From Malacoraja senta (Eukaryota): a stretch of 64,000 nt of DNA. Of the stretch, positions 23,621 to 35,459 are shown one piece after another. A model generated the notes under the pieces. The model was not told the origin of the DNA, ran no database searches, and worked only from the letters and a program-made list of their open reading frames with translations. Made by a program: the position numbers and the translations under genes. Within the stretch, counting starts at the first letter, position 1; every line of letters starts with the position of its first letter. The stretch spans positions 90,148,001 to 90,212,000 of the forward strand of contig CM075977.1 of NCBI GenBank assembly GCA_038087875.1, read 5' to 3'.

Positions 23621-24546
23621 GTCTCCCCAGTAGCCTTTGCAGATCTCCCCGCCAGGATATCGGTCCCCCTCAGGTTCAAGTGCAACCCATCCTTTTTGTA
23701 CAGGTCGAACCTTCCACAAAAGAGGTCCCAATGATCCAGAAATTTGAATCCCTGCCTTCTGCACCAGTCCTTCAGCCACGCATTTATCCTCCACCTCGCT
23801 CCATTCCTACTCTCACTGTCGCGTGGTACAGGCAGTAATCCCGAGATTGTTACCTTTGCTGTCCTTCTCTTTAACTCCCCTCCTAACTCCCTAAATTCTC
23901 CTTTCAGGACCTCTTCTCTTTTTTTACCTATGTCATTGGTACCTATATGTATCACGACCTCGGGCTCCTCTCCCTGCCCTTTCAGGATGTCTTGGACACG
24001 TTGAGACACATCACAGACCCTGGCACCAGGGAGGCAAACTACCATCCGGGTCTCCCGACTGCGTCCACAGAATCGCCTGTCTGACCCCCTAACTATAGAG
24101 TCCCCTATTAATATTGCCCTCCTCTTCTTTTCCTTACCCTTCTGAGCAACAGGACCGGTCTCTATACCGGAGGCCCGGCCGCTGTCGCTACCCCCAGGTA
24201 GGCTGTCCACCCCAACAGTGCTCAAACAGGAGTACTTATTGTCAAGGTGTACAGCCACCGGGGTACTCTCTAGTCCCTGCCTGTGCCCCTTGCCTCTCCC
24301 AACCGTGATCCACTTGCCTGCCTCCTGTGGTGTTGGAGTGACCATATCCCTGTAACTCCTCACAATGACTTCCTCGCTCTCCCTGACCAGACGGAGGTCA
24401 TCGAGCTGCTGCTCCAGGTTCCTAATACGGTCCATTAGGAGCCCCATCTCGATACACCTGACGCAGATGTGGACGTCTGGAGGGCTATCAGACTCCATGA
24501 CTTCCCACATCTGACATCCAGAACAGTAAACTGCCCTGGCCCTCAT
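23611..24546 (-). CDS. CR1 ORF1: Cys zinc-finger, coiled coil, SGNH/GDSL esterase-like domain
   Basis: CSGC...CVRC, LLMDRIRNLEQQLDDLRL heptads, IGDS, HIGTND, DGLHLN; first ATG at 24546. Confidence 0.93.
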   Translation of the reverse strand: MRARAVYCSGCQMWEVMESDSPPDVHICVRCIEMGLLMDRIRNLEQQLDDLRLVRESEEVIVRSYRDMVTPTPQEAGKWITVGRGKGHRQGLESTPVAVHLDNKYSCLSTVGVDSLPGGSDSGRASGIETGPVAQKGKEKKRRAILIGDSIVRGSDRRFCGRSRETRMVVCLPGARVCDVSQRVQDILKGQGEEPEVVIHIGTNDIGKKREEVLKGEFRELGGELKRRTAKVTISGLLPVPRDSESRNGARWRINAWLKDWCRRQGFKFLDHWDLFCGRFDLYKKDGLHLNLRGTDILAGRSAKATGETLN

Positions 24547-24570
24547 ACTCCCCTTACCCTGGATATAATA

Positions 24571-24672
24571 CAAAACAACCTGCTACAATACAAAACAACC
24601 TGCTACAATACAAAACAAACTGCTACAATACAAAACAAACTGCTACAATACAAAACAAACTGCTACAATACA
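24571..24672. repeat. 20-bp tandem repeat (tgctacaatacaaaacaaac) in the CR1 5'UTR
   Basis: About 5 near-identical units visible. Confidence 0.95.
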
Positions 24673-24674
24673 GT

Positions 24675-24736
24675 ACAATCAGCAGGGATCTGACTCCCAA
24701 TCAGCTGCTCCCTCTTGTCTGCGTCCACCAATCAGC
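24675..24736. promoter_or_regulatory. CCAAT/NF-Y-type boxes in the CR1 5' end (candidate internal promoter)
   Basis: ccaatcagc at 24697-24705 and 24728-24736 (31 bp apart); acaatcagc at 24675-24683. Confidence 0.5.
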
Positions 24737-27700
24737 GGCTTCCTCAAACCCACTTGTTTTTGAAGTCCTGGGAATACTTTTTAAAATCTACATCTATCAG
24801 GCCTCCCCACAATCTCCGGCATTCCAGAGAAGACAATCCGAGTCTGTCCAACCTCTTCTTATATTTTTGAGTCCAGGCCTGGAGGAATATCTGGTTATAA
24901 CCAGCACAGGTTGGGAAAAGATCGCCTGATTGGGGTGCCATGTGGAGTCGTAGATGAGGGATTTGGACGAGGAAGTTAGCTGATGTGGGATAGGAAATGG
25001 GAACAGATCTGCAAGTATAGAACCATTCAAGCAAAGACTAACAATGTGAACGCTTGTGCTTGGACTCTTGGTAAATTGCATCTTCAATTGCAAAAGAGGA
25101 TTTGTGTGGAATAAGAATAGCTGCACCCTGTCAATGTGTATTAATTGGAGCTTGCTGTTTTCTTGGACCAATCATCTTAATTAATCATCTTATATTCATT
25201 TATAGATTTTGTTTTTGTTTCCATGTCTATGTGTATCCATGTTGATGCCATTAACTTCACAGATCACAAGAATGGTATGAAGCTGTTACTTTCCGCTTTA
25301 TCTGGCATTTCCGCCTTAACCAAGAAGAATTCAACAGGCATACACTTCAGTATATGAAGTGTTTTGATTGGTATTCTTAGTTGGTTGATGAGAGGTCCAG
25401 GCTCAATATTAATGTTCTGTGATGTATCAAAATCCCATGTGATGGTTATTGGTGCTATGGTTTGGAGAAATGAAAGAAGGGATATTTCTGCAATTTCAGG
25501 ACATGGAATGATAAGGATGGAATCCAATCATGGCGGTGACAGCAAGAGTTCAAGCAAAACTTGAGCTAACATTTCAGAAATTCTGGATAAAATAGAGATT
25601 AAATGGTATATTTTCTCATTAATAGCTCACCATTAAACTAGGATGATACATTAATTCGCATATCACTGTACCTTAATTGGTACATGTGACAATAAAAGAC
25701 CTTTGAAACCATTTGAAACCTTTGAAGTGCCAGCCTAAGTTTCAGAAATTGCAGTTAGAGACTGACTAATTTAATTCAGGTATCTAATAACTTCCAAACG
25801 TTAATATGAGGAAAATTTTAAAAGTGCACCCTCATTTTTTGTGGTAACAAAGCTCGTGAATGGAATAAGAAGAGTGATTTAAGCCTTTAGAAATGTCGAA
25901 ATGCATCAATTGGAAAACATGAACATTTAGTTGTAAGATACTTGATGTTTTTATTTTGATATATGGTTTTCACAGCAAAGGTTCTTCACACATTCCGACA
26001 GGGGTGTTTCCTGTCAATACCTGGAAATGGATTATCTGTATTCAATATTTTGCTCCATTGGGTTCAGTAGATATCTGGGTTAAATTCTTAGCTTTGTATT
26101 GAATACTATCCCAAGAGATTTATCACATACTCAAAGAGAACTAAGTAGTCATGGGATTAAAAAACAACAACGTTATTTTAAGTAAAATCATTGTCCAAAT
26201 GGAACACAAAAATACCTCAGAAGGGGTGCATGAAATTATTATTTTTTCCACTAGAATAGAAATTCATATTACATTCGACTGTCTGGTCACATGCCGAGTA
26301 TCTTGTAAAGATTATCACATGCCAGTCACACTAAGCCTCAGTAGTGCCGCTCGGTATCATTAGTCTCAGCATCAATTAATATTCTCCTGACCTCATCTTA
26401 TGTAGAGAATTATCAGTGCATATTTGTTTCAGAGCTGGGGAGAAAACATTATGCCAGGGTATGATTTAAAAATTGTAGACAAAACAACAGATTTTCTCAT
26501 CTGCAGCATCGAATGCATTTCATTAAGCTTTGAGGACAAGTAACAAGGAAGACTGAATAGCCCAGGTGGTAAAGAAAGACTTAGAGGTATAATGGAAGGT
26601 TAACATTCCAGATGGGATATGGAAGATCAACAGCAGCTGAAAATGTTGATCCCACTCTGTGTGTAAACTGAAGAAAAATGTCCAAACTGTCATGATCTAC
26701 TGATTAAAGGATCTGCTGTGTACACTGGTCAACCTTTATCCTGAACCCTGATTAGACTTCATTTTTTTCACCCCACACTGCATTAACATCATTGAAAGGG
26801 TTTGACATTTGCAGTTAACTCCTTCCTCACCGCTGGGACTGTATAATTTTTCAAGTACTATTATATTTTCTTTCACGCATTAGCTGAGATACTTTTCAGT
26901 TAATTCTTCCCTCGTGGAAAATATGCAGTTGTCCAGAACATTGTGTAATTCATACTTTCTGGGTTAAGTAAAAATACTGTAGTTGTGATTTTCACGTAGT
27001 ACATTAAATAATAGTCTATGCTCTGAGGCATAATTTTCTTAGATTCTTGAATTGTCTCTTCTATGCTTTGTTAAACTTGTTCAAAAATATATTTAGAGAT
27101 ATCTCTGCACAAATATAAGACTAAAATGTATTTATTTAATCTATTTTAATTCCTCAGTTCTATTTCCCCGCTTTAGTTTAGTTTAAAGATACAGCATGGA
27201 AACAGAATGAATACAGCATGAATACAGCTGTACATCCTATATTCAGGATGAATACATATGAATACAGCATGGTGGCCTTTCACCATGTCAACGTCAATCA
27301 CTGATGGCCTATTCACACTAGTTCTACGTTATCCCACTTTCTCATCTACACACTAGGGGCAATCCAAAGAGGTCTTGATTGATTGCTATTAATTCAGTGC
27401 TTAAATAAGAATGAACCATTTCTGACTATAACATTTCTTCTGGTAAGCTGATGCCCAGTCAAGCATGAACCGTGAGGGAATGTGTGGTGTGACATGAGGT
27501 CTTGCAAGAGGTGTCACCACCAAGTTTGGAGCTGCAGTTCAACACTTCAGCACTGGTTGAGGCAGAGTTATCAAACAATACTATTTTTTGTAGAACGCAA
27601 TTCTTATTGGTGCAATAATCTACGCTGCCAATAACCAGTGCTCATATTTTGTTACTACCTTTCTAAATCTCCTTTGACTGGATCCAACAATCTTTCCCTG

Positions 27701-29034
27701 CTTTCCTTTATAAAGTCCCAATACAGTCATTAGATACTTGTTTTGAAGTCGACAGATGTTGGACCTTACCAAAGCAAAATACATTCGATGATTTATTGTG
27801 TGCAAAAGAATTATTAACATATAATGGTTTGATTAAATGTCAAATTATTTGCTCAAATAACAAGAGGCCCTGGTTTCCTGGCAATGACGTGATGGCATGG
27901 ACTATGAGTACCAGAGCTGGTAATTCATTTCTGGGGCTTTCTCCAACTAAAACATTTTATGATATACTTTTGGCTTGGGTTTGCGGTAGTCATTGAAGTG
28001 GAGTGGCTACTTGTTAGCTGAGAAATAGGCTGCTGACGCTGATATTTCTAATAAAAGGAAATTGTAATTCGTAAAGTAAGCCTCATCCAGCAAATGAATG
28101 GGGTACGGAGACCAAACAAACTCAGCCAAGAAAGCTAGGAAAATTCCACCCTACTAATGTGAACATACAATGTGAAAATCCTGTCAAAATGTTATTCTAT
28201 CGAATTTATATTCCAATTGTGTCTTACAACTCTCCCCCCCCCCCCCACATGTGCTGTAATGTTATACTTTTAATACAGAAAGAAACCGATTGTTTTGACT
28301 TCAGGTCAGCTTACTTGGAACTGTCCAATGTTTCCAATCCAGAAATGTGGTGGGAGCTGTGAATAGATCTGAATACAGATGGCAAATTAGGAATGGTACT
28401 GTTTAGATCCATGTGTTAATTTATTCAGGTGTAGCAGAGTTTCAAAGAAAGTCAGATTGCTTGGAGGCGGATCATGGCAATAAAATTAACAGGGAAGAGA
28501 TGAGGACCCTTTAGATTCCTTCAGTTCAGAAACAATGCTTTAAAATGTATGGTGCCAGAAAGTGGTGAAATGAGGATAATGATTGTACTTTATCAGTCCT
28601 CAGAGTTCAAGATCAAGATCAAGAGATCAAGATCAAGAGAGTTTATTGTCATGTGTTCCAGATAGGACAATGAAATTATTGCTTTGCTTTAGCATACAGT
28701 ATATTAACGTCCAACTGCAACGTCACTGAATTTGGAAGCAAGTGACGTTCACCCAAGCAGGACAGAAATAGATGCCCTCTTTGATAAAAAAAACCAGACA
28801 ATTTATGTATACCCTGAAGAGTTAACAGCTAGTGAGCCATTCCTATGGGTCAAGTGCTGCATTTGCATTTTGATGGGATGTTATCAAGTAATTAATGCAC
28901 CAGTCAGGATTTATTACCTCAGGAGTGAATTGAAAGGTTCATTACAAAATCGGTTTCATTGGAAGATAGGCATTTCCTCAGAGTTAGCTTTTGACATGTT
29001 GTTCCTCGCACACCCTGCCTGTGGCAGCAATAGT

Positions 29035-29174
29035 NNNNNNNNNNNNNNNNNNNNNNNNNNNNNNNNNNNNNNNNNNNNNNNNNNNNNNNNNNNNNNNNNN
29101 NNNNNNNNNNNNNNNNNNNNNNNNNNNNNNNNNNNNNNNNNNNNNNNNNNNNNNNNNNNNNNNNNNNNNNNNNN
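29035..29174. other. Assembly gap (140 N)
   Basis: N run. Confidence 1.
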
Positions 29175-29982
29175 CAGTCTGGACCATGTTATGAATAATT
29201 TAGAGATCAGCAAACTTCACATTTAATAAACTGTATCAGATTATTAAACTTAAGTGCACTGTTTAGAGAAAACATGCAAAACACTTTTGGCTCTTCATTA
29301 AGTTAAGGTAAAAACAGTGAGTGAGTTGCTCCAGCAGTTGTGTTTCATAAGGAACAGCTGTTTTTCCTACTCCTGCAGCCTGTTTCTTGTGCATCATAGG
29401 CCACAGCACGAAGGCATAATGGGAAATATGAGCAGCAGTCAAATTCTAGCAATAAAATGAGACTGCAGACAGTTTGTGGAAATACAGTGAAATCTATGAA
29501 CTGCACTGTCTTTATGGTCATTTGAAACAGCATTCTAAGGTGCATATTTCTGATTTTTTTTTAGTAAAATATAAATAGGCTTTAGGCAAGTCGGTTCATT
29601 TTGGGTTTCAATACAGATCCATAAAGGCTTTAATCAATAACTAATGTGTTTGATTTTGTAGTAACTGAGTATTATCACGTTGAAGATTGGAATTTGCAAC
29701 TCCTTGTTGTGTGACCTGCTTTATATCACATTATATTCTATTCATTGTAAATAATCTATTAAATCCACAAATTTTATGTCTGACAAATACCTGGAAAGTT
29801 TGTCTTGCAGAAATTCATCAAATATGTTCCCTACATAAAGATGATACTGCAAAAAAAAGAGATTTACAAAATATTTTAAAAATACACTTGTGTGCCTTAA
29901 GTTTTGACAATGCATATTGCTAGAATCCAAACATATAAGGCTATGTTTTAGTTTTTTACTTGATCTGAGCTTTCAAAACTAA

Positions 29983-30088
29983 AGGTCTGAAGAAAGGTCT
30001 CGACCCAAAATGTCACTCACCCATTCCTTCTCTCCAGAGATACTGCCTGTCCCACTGAGTTACTCCAGCATTTTGTGTCTATCGTCTA
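29983..30088 (+). mobile_element. Solo Penelope-terminus insert
   Basis: TSD tcaaaactaa (29973-29982, 30089-30098); begins aggtctgaagaaaggtctcgaccc. Confidence 0.85.
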
Positions 30089-30978
30089 TCAAAACTAATG
30101 TTGGTTTTATTAAGCTTTTAATTCTGCAAAACATCCGTTCTTGTGCATTTTACATACATATACATCTACTGGCTCGACAAAATGTAAATTGTTCTTTAAC
30201 TGTTTTAACACCACAGGTGCCCATTGCAGTGAAAATGAATCCTCTTTTATGTGAAAAGCATGAAGTTAACGATAAGCTTGCCGTTGTTTGATCTGAGACC
30301 GCTTTAAGCTACAACCTATATACACAGGATGCAAAGGAACCATCCAGTTATCTGAAGTCGAATTTTTGGATTGATTGCAATGGTTTTCGATTTTAGAAGG
30401 GGAAAAAAATCTAACAGTGTGCACTGTGCTATTTAACCTGCATTGTAACCTGCCGTACCAGACCGTCCAGCTTAGTGCTTTGTTCTTCCTTGGGTTAATA
30501 GAAATTGTGAAGATGGGCAGAGAAGATGCAGTGTAATTTTCTGCTATTTAAGCTTGGTGAAATGGCACTCTTCAGGAAGCAGCAGAAGTATGAAAGTGTA
30601 ATAGGCATTTTAAAAGTAGGAGTCCATATAGATGCTTCAGGGATTCTCAGATTTAGGCATGCATAGAATTTGGAATGAGATAATCAGCATTGTGAAATTG
30701 AAACCTGTCTGCTGCCTGCTGCTGTTACTCTTCTCACTGCAGAATGATTTGTAACACTCATCTTCTTGAAGCAATGCAGCCTTCAAGATTATCCAGCACT
30801 GTCAATAGTAATTGTGAAAGTATTTTATTACCGACAGAAATCAAGGATATTTATAACCAGCCGAGATCCAGTTTCAATGTTGAAGTATGAAAAAGCAATC
30901 TTTTTTTTGAAATATGCTGCTTTCCCTAATCTTTTTTAACATGGTGATTGTATGACTGCTTTTTCCCCCCTGTTATTT

Positions 30979-30979
<1 letters not shown>

Positions 30980-31030
<51 letters not shown>
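30980..31030. repeat. (GA)n microsatellite
   Basis: Directly visible. Confidence 0.98.
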
Positions 31031-31031
<1 letters not shown>

Positions 31032-31327
31032 TCTAAGAATCATTGGAAAATTGTGAGGCTATCAATGAGGTTCTGGACCATTATTTATAGGTGATAAACA
31101 ATCATGAGAACATCTTTGCTATGGAAATATAAAATGCACACAAGATTATGTTTAAAAGCTGTGAATAATCGCAATCAATACTTTAGAAATTGGCAACTTG
31201 CTCTAATTCTAGCTCTTTCACTGAAATTAGAGAGAATGAATGGATAGCAATAGAAGTGTTACTGTAATTGTCTATTAAGCCGAATGCCACCTCCTTTGGC
31301 CTGAAAAGCTTTAATAGTTTTTGGGCA

Positions 31328-31345
31328 TGCCACTAGGTGGAGTAT
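31328..31345 (+). promoter_or_regulatory. CTCF-like motif
   Basis: tgccactaggtggagta resembles the CCACYAGGKGGC core; motif match only. Confidence 0.4.
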
Positions 31346-32521
31346 CACACAAAAGGAAGGTTTTCAGGGGTTTGGGGGAGGAAAGACAACCTGGTATTGT
31401 ACAGCTTAACTGTGAGAATTAAAACTCTTGCCAACTGATTAATGGTTAGTGATTGCAGAGCAGACTACAACCCAGACCCACATCTTGTCACAGCTGGAGA
31501 ACGATTCCTGATGGCCCATAACGGCTGAGGGTGATGTTTCACATTACATTACACTATTCCGGCTCGATTGTGAGCAGGTCGAAGCCAGAGGCAATGTGCA
31601 GTGATTTGTCAGAAACAATGAGCAAGATCATGATGTGCGATATTGCATTAAATCACTCCAGGTAGACAATGATCTGTAATGTTGCATTACAATGGCCTGG
31701 ATGGAGAGCAGAATGTGACACTGTGCGTAACCGGCAGGTCGGAAAAGTGCGTCAACATCCCAGCAGCAACGCGAGCAAGTGTCAACACAGGATAATGGTT
31801 AAAATACAGCCTTCCAGTCAGAGTCAGTGACTTCCATTGCATTTTTGTGGATAGCAAAGGGGCCCGCGTGACTGTAGAGGAATAAAACCTGCAAAAAAGC
31901 CCTTCAGTTGCTTATAAATAACATTAATAGGCTTAATAATTAAAGATTTCTCTAAGAGTATTGTTCCATGGTTTGTTTCTGAAAATTCACTAATTTTGGA
32001 CTTTAACCCAAGGAGTTACTCATTACGGTACGAGTCTAAGTTGTGATTGTCTGCGCGTCTTTCAGTGTTTTACTTCCAAATCCAATGTCATCTGAATTCC
32101 AACCACGAGACATCTGTGTATTAGTGGCCAGCAAGTGGAATTATTTAATGGTTACGTCTCAGTCACCAATTTCAACACCGTGTCAGCTACCCAAACTTGG
32201 CATAGAATGAACACGTGTCCTTCTGGTGCGGTACTAAATTCAGTTAGTAAATTTTCAGGAAAATTAACATTTCCATTTTTTTTAAAGCAATCGACAGAAC
32301 AGACCATTAACATCAGCTGTTCCCCGAATAAGAAAATAACAATTTGCAGCAGCTCTAAGGCAAGTGGTTCTTTAAGGTTATTCTGACATTAAATAAGATC
32401 ATATGTGATCTTGATCACCATCTTTCCACCTGATTCCCTATGTCTTCGGATGCACTTGAATGAACCAGGTAATACACCAGCCTAACTTTGCAGACCCTCT
32501 GAATGCCAATCTGGCAGAAGT

Positions 32522-32955
32522 TTTAGTTTAGAGAAACAGCATGGAAACAAGCCCTTCGGCCCACCAAGTCCACATCAACAATCGATCACTCATTAATACT
32601 AGGTCAATGTTACACACACCAAATCCTATACTTCCAGCGGCGGAAGTCCGCAGGAACTGGAGGACAGAGATGTGTGGTGCGTCCGTCACCGTTCCCGTTG
32701 GAAACCAGCACCACTGCGTCGCTAATGTTTTCAACGATGATGAATGAATGACAATGTTATCCCACTTTCTCATCCACTCCCTACACACTAGGGGCAATTT
32801 ACAGAGGCCAATTAACCTACAAATCCGCATGTCTGTGGGATATGGGAGAAAACCGAAGCACCCTGAGGAAACACACTGTCACACGCTGCTAACTCCACAC
32901 AAACAGCATCCAAGGTCAGGACTGTGAGGCAGCGGCTCTACCAGCTGCACCATTG
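32522..32955 (-). mobile_element. V-SINE-like element interrupted by a small insert
   Basis: Reverse-strand tail and V-domain motifs. Confidence 0.8.
32613..32751 (+). mobile_element. 5'-truncated RTE-like LINE 3' end
   Basis: TSD caatgtta (32605-32612, 32752-32759); tail gatgatgaatgaatga; AAEVRRNWR peptide. Confidence 0.55.
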
Positions 32956-33117
32956 TCACGCTCACAGAGTAAGTGTCTAATTTTAGCAGGTTGTTCCCTT
33001 CCCAATTGCATCTTAAAAGCTAGATGAAATTTCCAGCTTGGTCCTACAAGAGCTTGGGTACAAATGTATACCGTATCATGTGCCAAGTGAAGATTTCCAA
33101 GTTAGAGTCTAAGACTC

Positions 33118-33465
33118 ATACAGTGTGGAACAAGGCCATTCGGCCCAACTTGCCCACACCGACAAACATGTCCCATCTACACTGGTCTCACCTGCCTGCG
33201 TATGACCCATATCCCTCTGAACCTGTCCTATCCATGTACCTGCCTAAATGTTTCTTACACTTTGCAATAGTGCCTGCCTCAACTACCTCCTCCGGCAGCT
33301 CGTTGTATACACTCGCCACCCTTTGCGTTAAAAAAAAGGTTATCCCTCAGGTTCCTATTCCCCCCTCACCTTAAACCGATGTCCTTAGGTTCTCAATTCC
33401 CCTAGTCTGGGCAAGAGACTCTGTGCGTTTACCCGATTCTATTCCACTCATAATTTTGTACACTC
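33118..33465 (-). mobile_element. CR1 3' fragment
   Basis: cggcccaacttgcccacaccgac...catatccctct...cctcaactacctc. Confidence 0.85.
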
Positions 33466-35247
33466 ATTGCAATGCTTCACTAATGGAGTTCAGTTAAAGA
33501 AAGGCTGCAGTGGTGAAGGCTGAGCTATTTATTTTCAGCATGTAACTCTGGATTGAGTGTTGCAACATTCAGCTCTCGGGCTGTATTTGCAGAAAGATGC
33601 ACATGATAAGCTCATCCAGGAGTGTGAGCACAGGGAACTGGCCCATTTCTGCATCACTCACCAGATCGAAGTAAAGCTTAATAACATTAAACCAATGCCT
33701 GTTTGAAAGATTTGTTTTACAGAACCTTTAAAAGTGCTTTGGATGTACATGCATTGATTTTGTTCAAATCTCCTGAGCTTTGATGGAAAAACAGATTCCA
33801 TAGATTCCACATGCCAATGACCCCTCCCCCTTCCACCAGTTTTCTTCCATAAATGCAAAATAATTGAATATTATCATGATATTGAAATAATCAGGGACAC
33901 AGAGTAATAATCTTGGCCTTGAGCCACTGTTATTGTTTTCTTAGGTCACATAATCAGTTCAAACAATTCTTATTGACTTTCACTTGCTGTGTTCTGCCAT
34001 TACGCAAAGTTTGTGTTATTAATCACAACCATATGCTGTAAATTGCTATTGAAAATTAAATTCATTGCCTCTGCCATGTATAGAGACATCACCATTGAAG
34101 AAATGCTAAAGAAAACTTTCCCAGTTTGCGAAATGGTTATTTAGTGATTCCATGTATCTGGAAATGAATATTCATTTCACAAATTACGAAAGTTCTTTCT
34201 ATCACATTACTTCATTGGAGGCTGAATAAACATTTGAGTTGAAGACGTTAAAACATCAATAGTTTTCTGAAGCTGGGTTCAAATGTCCTGCAGCCATTGA
34301 CCCATTATGTTACACAGATGTTACAGAGCAATGTACGTCGACAGCAAGAGGTAAATAGTATAATTTTAATAGATTTAACCTCTGTAAGCCCAGTTTTTGA
34401 CTCAAACAATATGCAGTACTTATACATTGCCCAGTGTGTGCTGCTCATGTTTTATTCTGCCGGGCGAATGAGGATTAATGTTTCATGGCATATGGCATCC
34501 AGGAGAATTTCCAAGTTTAAAAAAAAGTGCAAGCAAGTCCCTGATTTTTATGTCTTTTCTGCTCCCCTTTTTATTGGCTGTGAAATAAATGTTTTTATAT
34601 GGCTCATTTATTACTACTGAAATGAGCATTAGAAAATATTTATTTTCAGCAGACATTATGTAGATAAGGCCTTGTACATAATTCCATTGTGTGATCCATG
34701 ACCCATGTAGGATATGAATCTAGCAGCTGGTAGCTTGCTAATTATTTGTTAAAGATGCACTGTATAGGCGTAGTATACATAATTTAATAATTCAGCATCC
34801 TGCTTTATGTTCTTTGAAATTAGGCATTTTCTCCTGCATAATTCTCCTTAAAATTGACACCCAGGTTCAAATGCTTGCACGGAGGAGGTCTTGTGGTAAA
34901 ACCTTTCTCTTTACCACAAAGGGGCTTGAGATTGGAAAGCGAGTAATTTAAGTTATCAGTTACTTCTTAGCAACTGGCCTGAGAGCAGTCAGGCAGCTCA
35001 AGATTTCTGATGGTCATTCTCTTCACAGAAATGTTGGCACTGGGGTCATGCATTAGGGTTGTACTTTAAAACCAAATGAATTTGAGCAGGTTTACAAAAG
35101 AAGTCTACAAGTTAGAGGTTTTGACGACTGTGCATTAATTCCAGATGAGCCGTTTAGAGAGTAGCCATCTGTTTGATACAGCAAAGAGCTATTGTCATCC
35201 AAGCCTCTTAAGCAGGGTGACTGGGACATTTAAGCACTTTAAAAAAA

Positions 35248-35459
35248 TAGACACAAAGTGCTGGAGTAACTCAGCGGGTCAGGCAGCATCTCTGGAGAAA
35301 AACGATGGGTGATGTTTCGGGTCGGGACCCTTCTTCACACAGTCCTGACCCAAAACGTTACCCATGCTTTTTCTCCAGAGATGCTGCCTGCCTCGCTGAG
35401 TTACTCTAGCACTATGTATCTATTTTTTGGGTATAAATCAACATCTGCGGTTCCTTTCT
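35248..35459. mobile_element. Palindromic Penelope-terminus element
   Basis: TSD gcactttaaaaaaa (35234-35247, 35460-35473); arms meet at the hammerhead motif (cccttcttcacac|agtcctgaccc). Confidence 0.85.

Larger units (their letters stand above)
20395..24765 (-). mobile_element. Full-length young CR1-clade LINE (HER1-like)
   Basis: Two intact ORFs; 3' octamer tail (tatgtatc)n; 4-bp duplication tcct at 20391-20394 and 24766-24769 within an older CR1. Confidence 0.95.

Noticed and set aside
23431-23794. ORF2 initiating at 23794 as in the ORF track
   Set aside because: That codon is GTG inside ORF1; the first ATG is at 23431
24547-24573. ORF1 N-terminal extension MYYIQGKGS
   Set aside because: Non-ATG start adjoining the tandem repeat; ATG at 24546 is more plausible
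28732-29226. ORFs spanning 28.7-29.2 kb
   Set aside because: Open only because they cross the N gap
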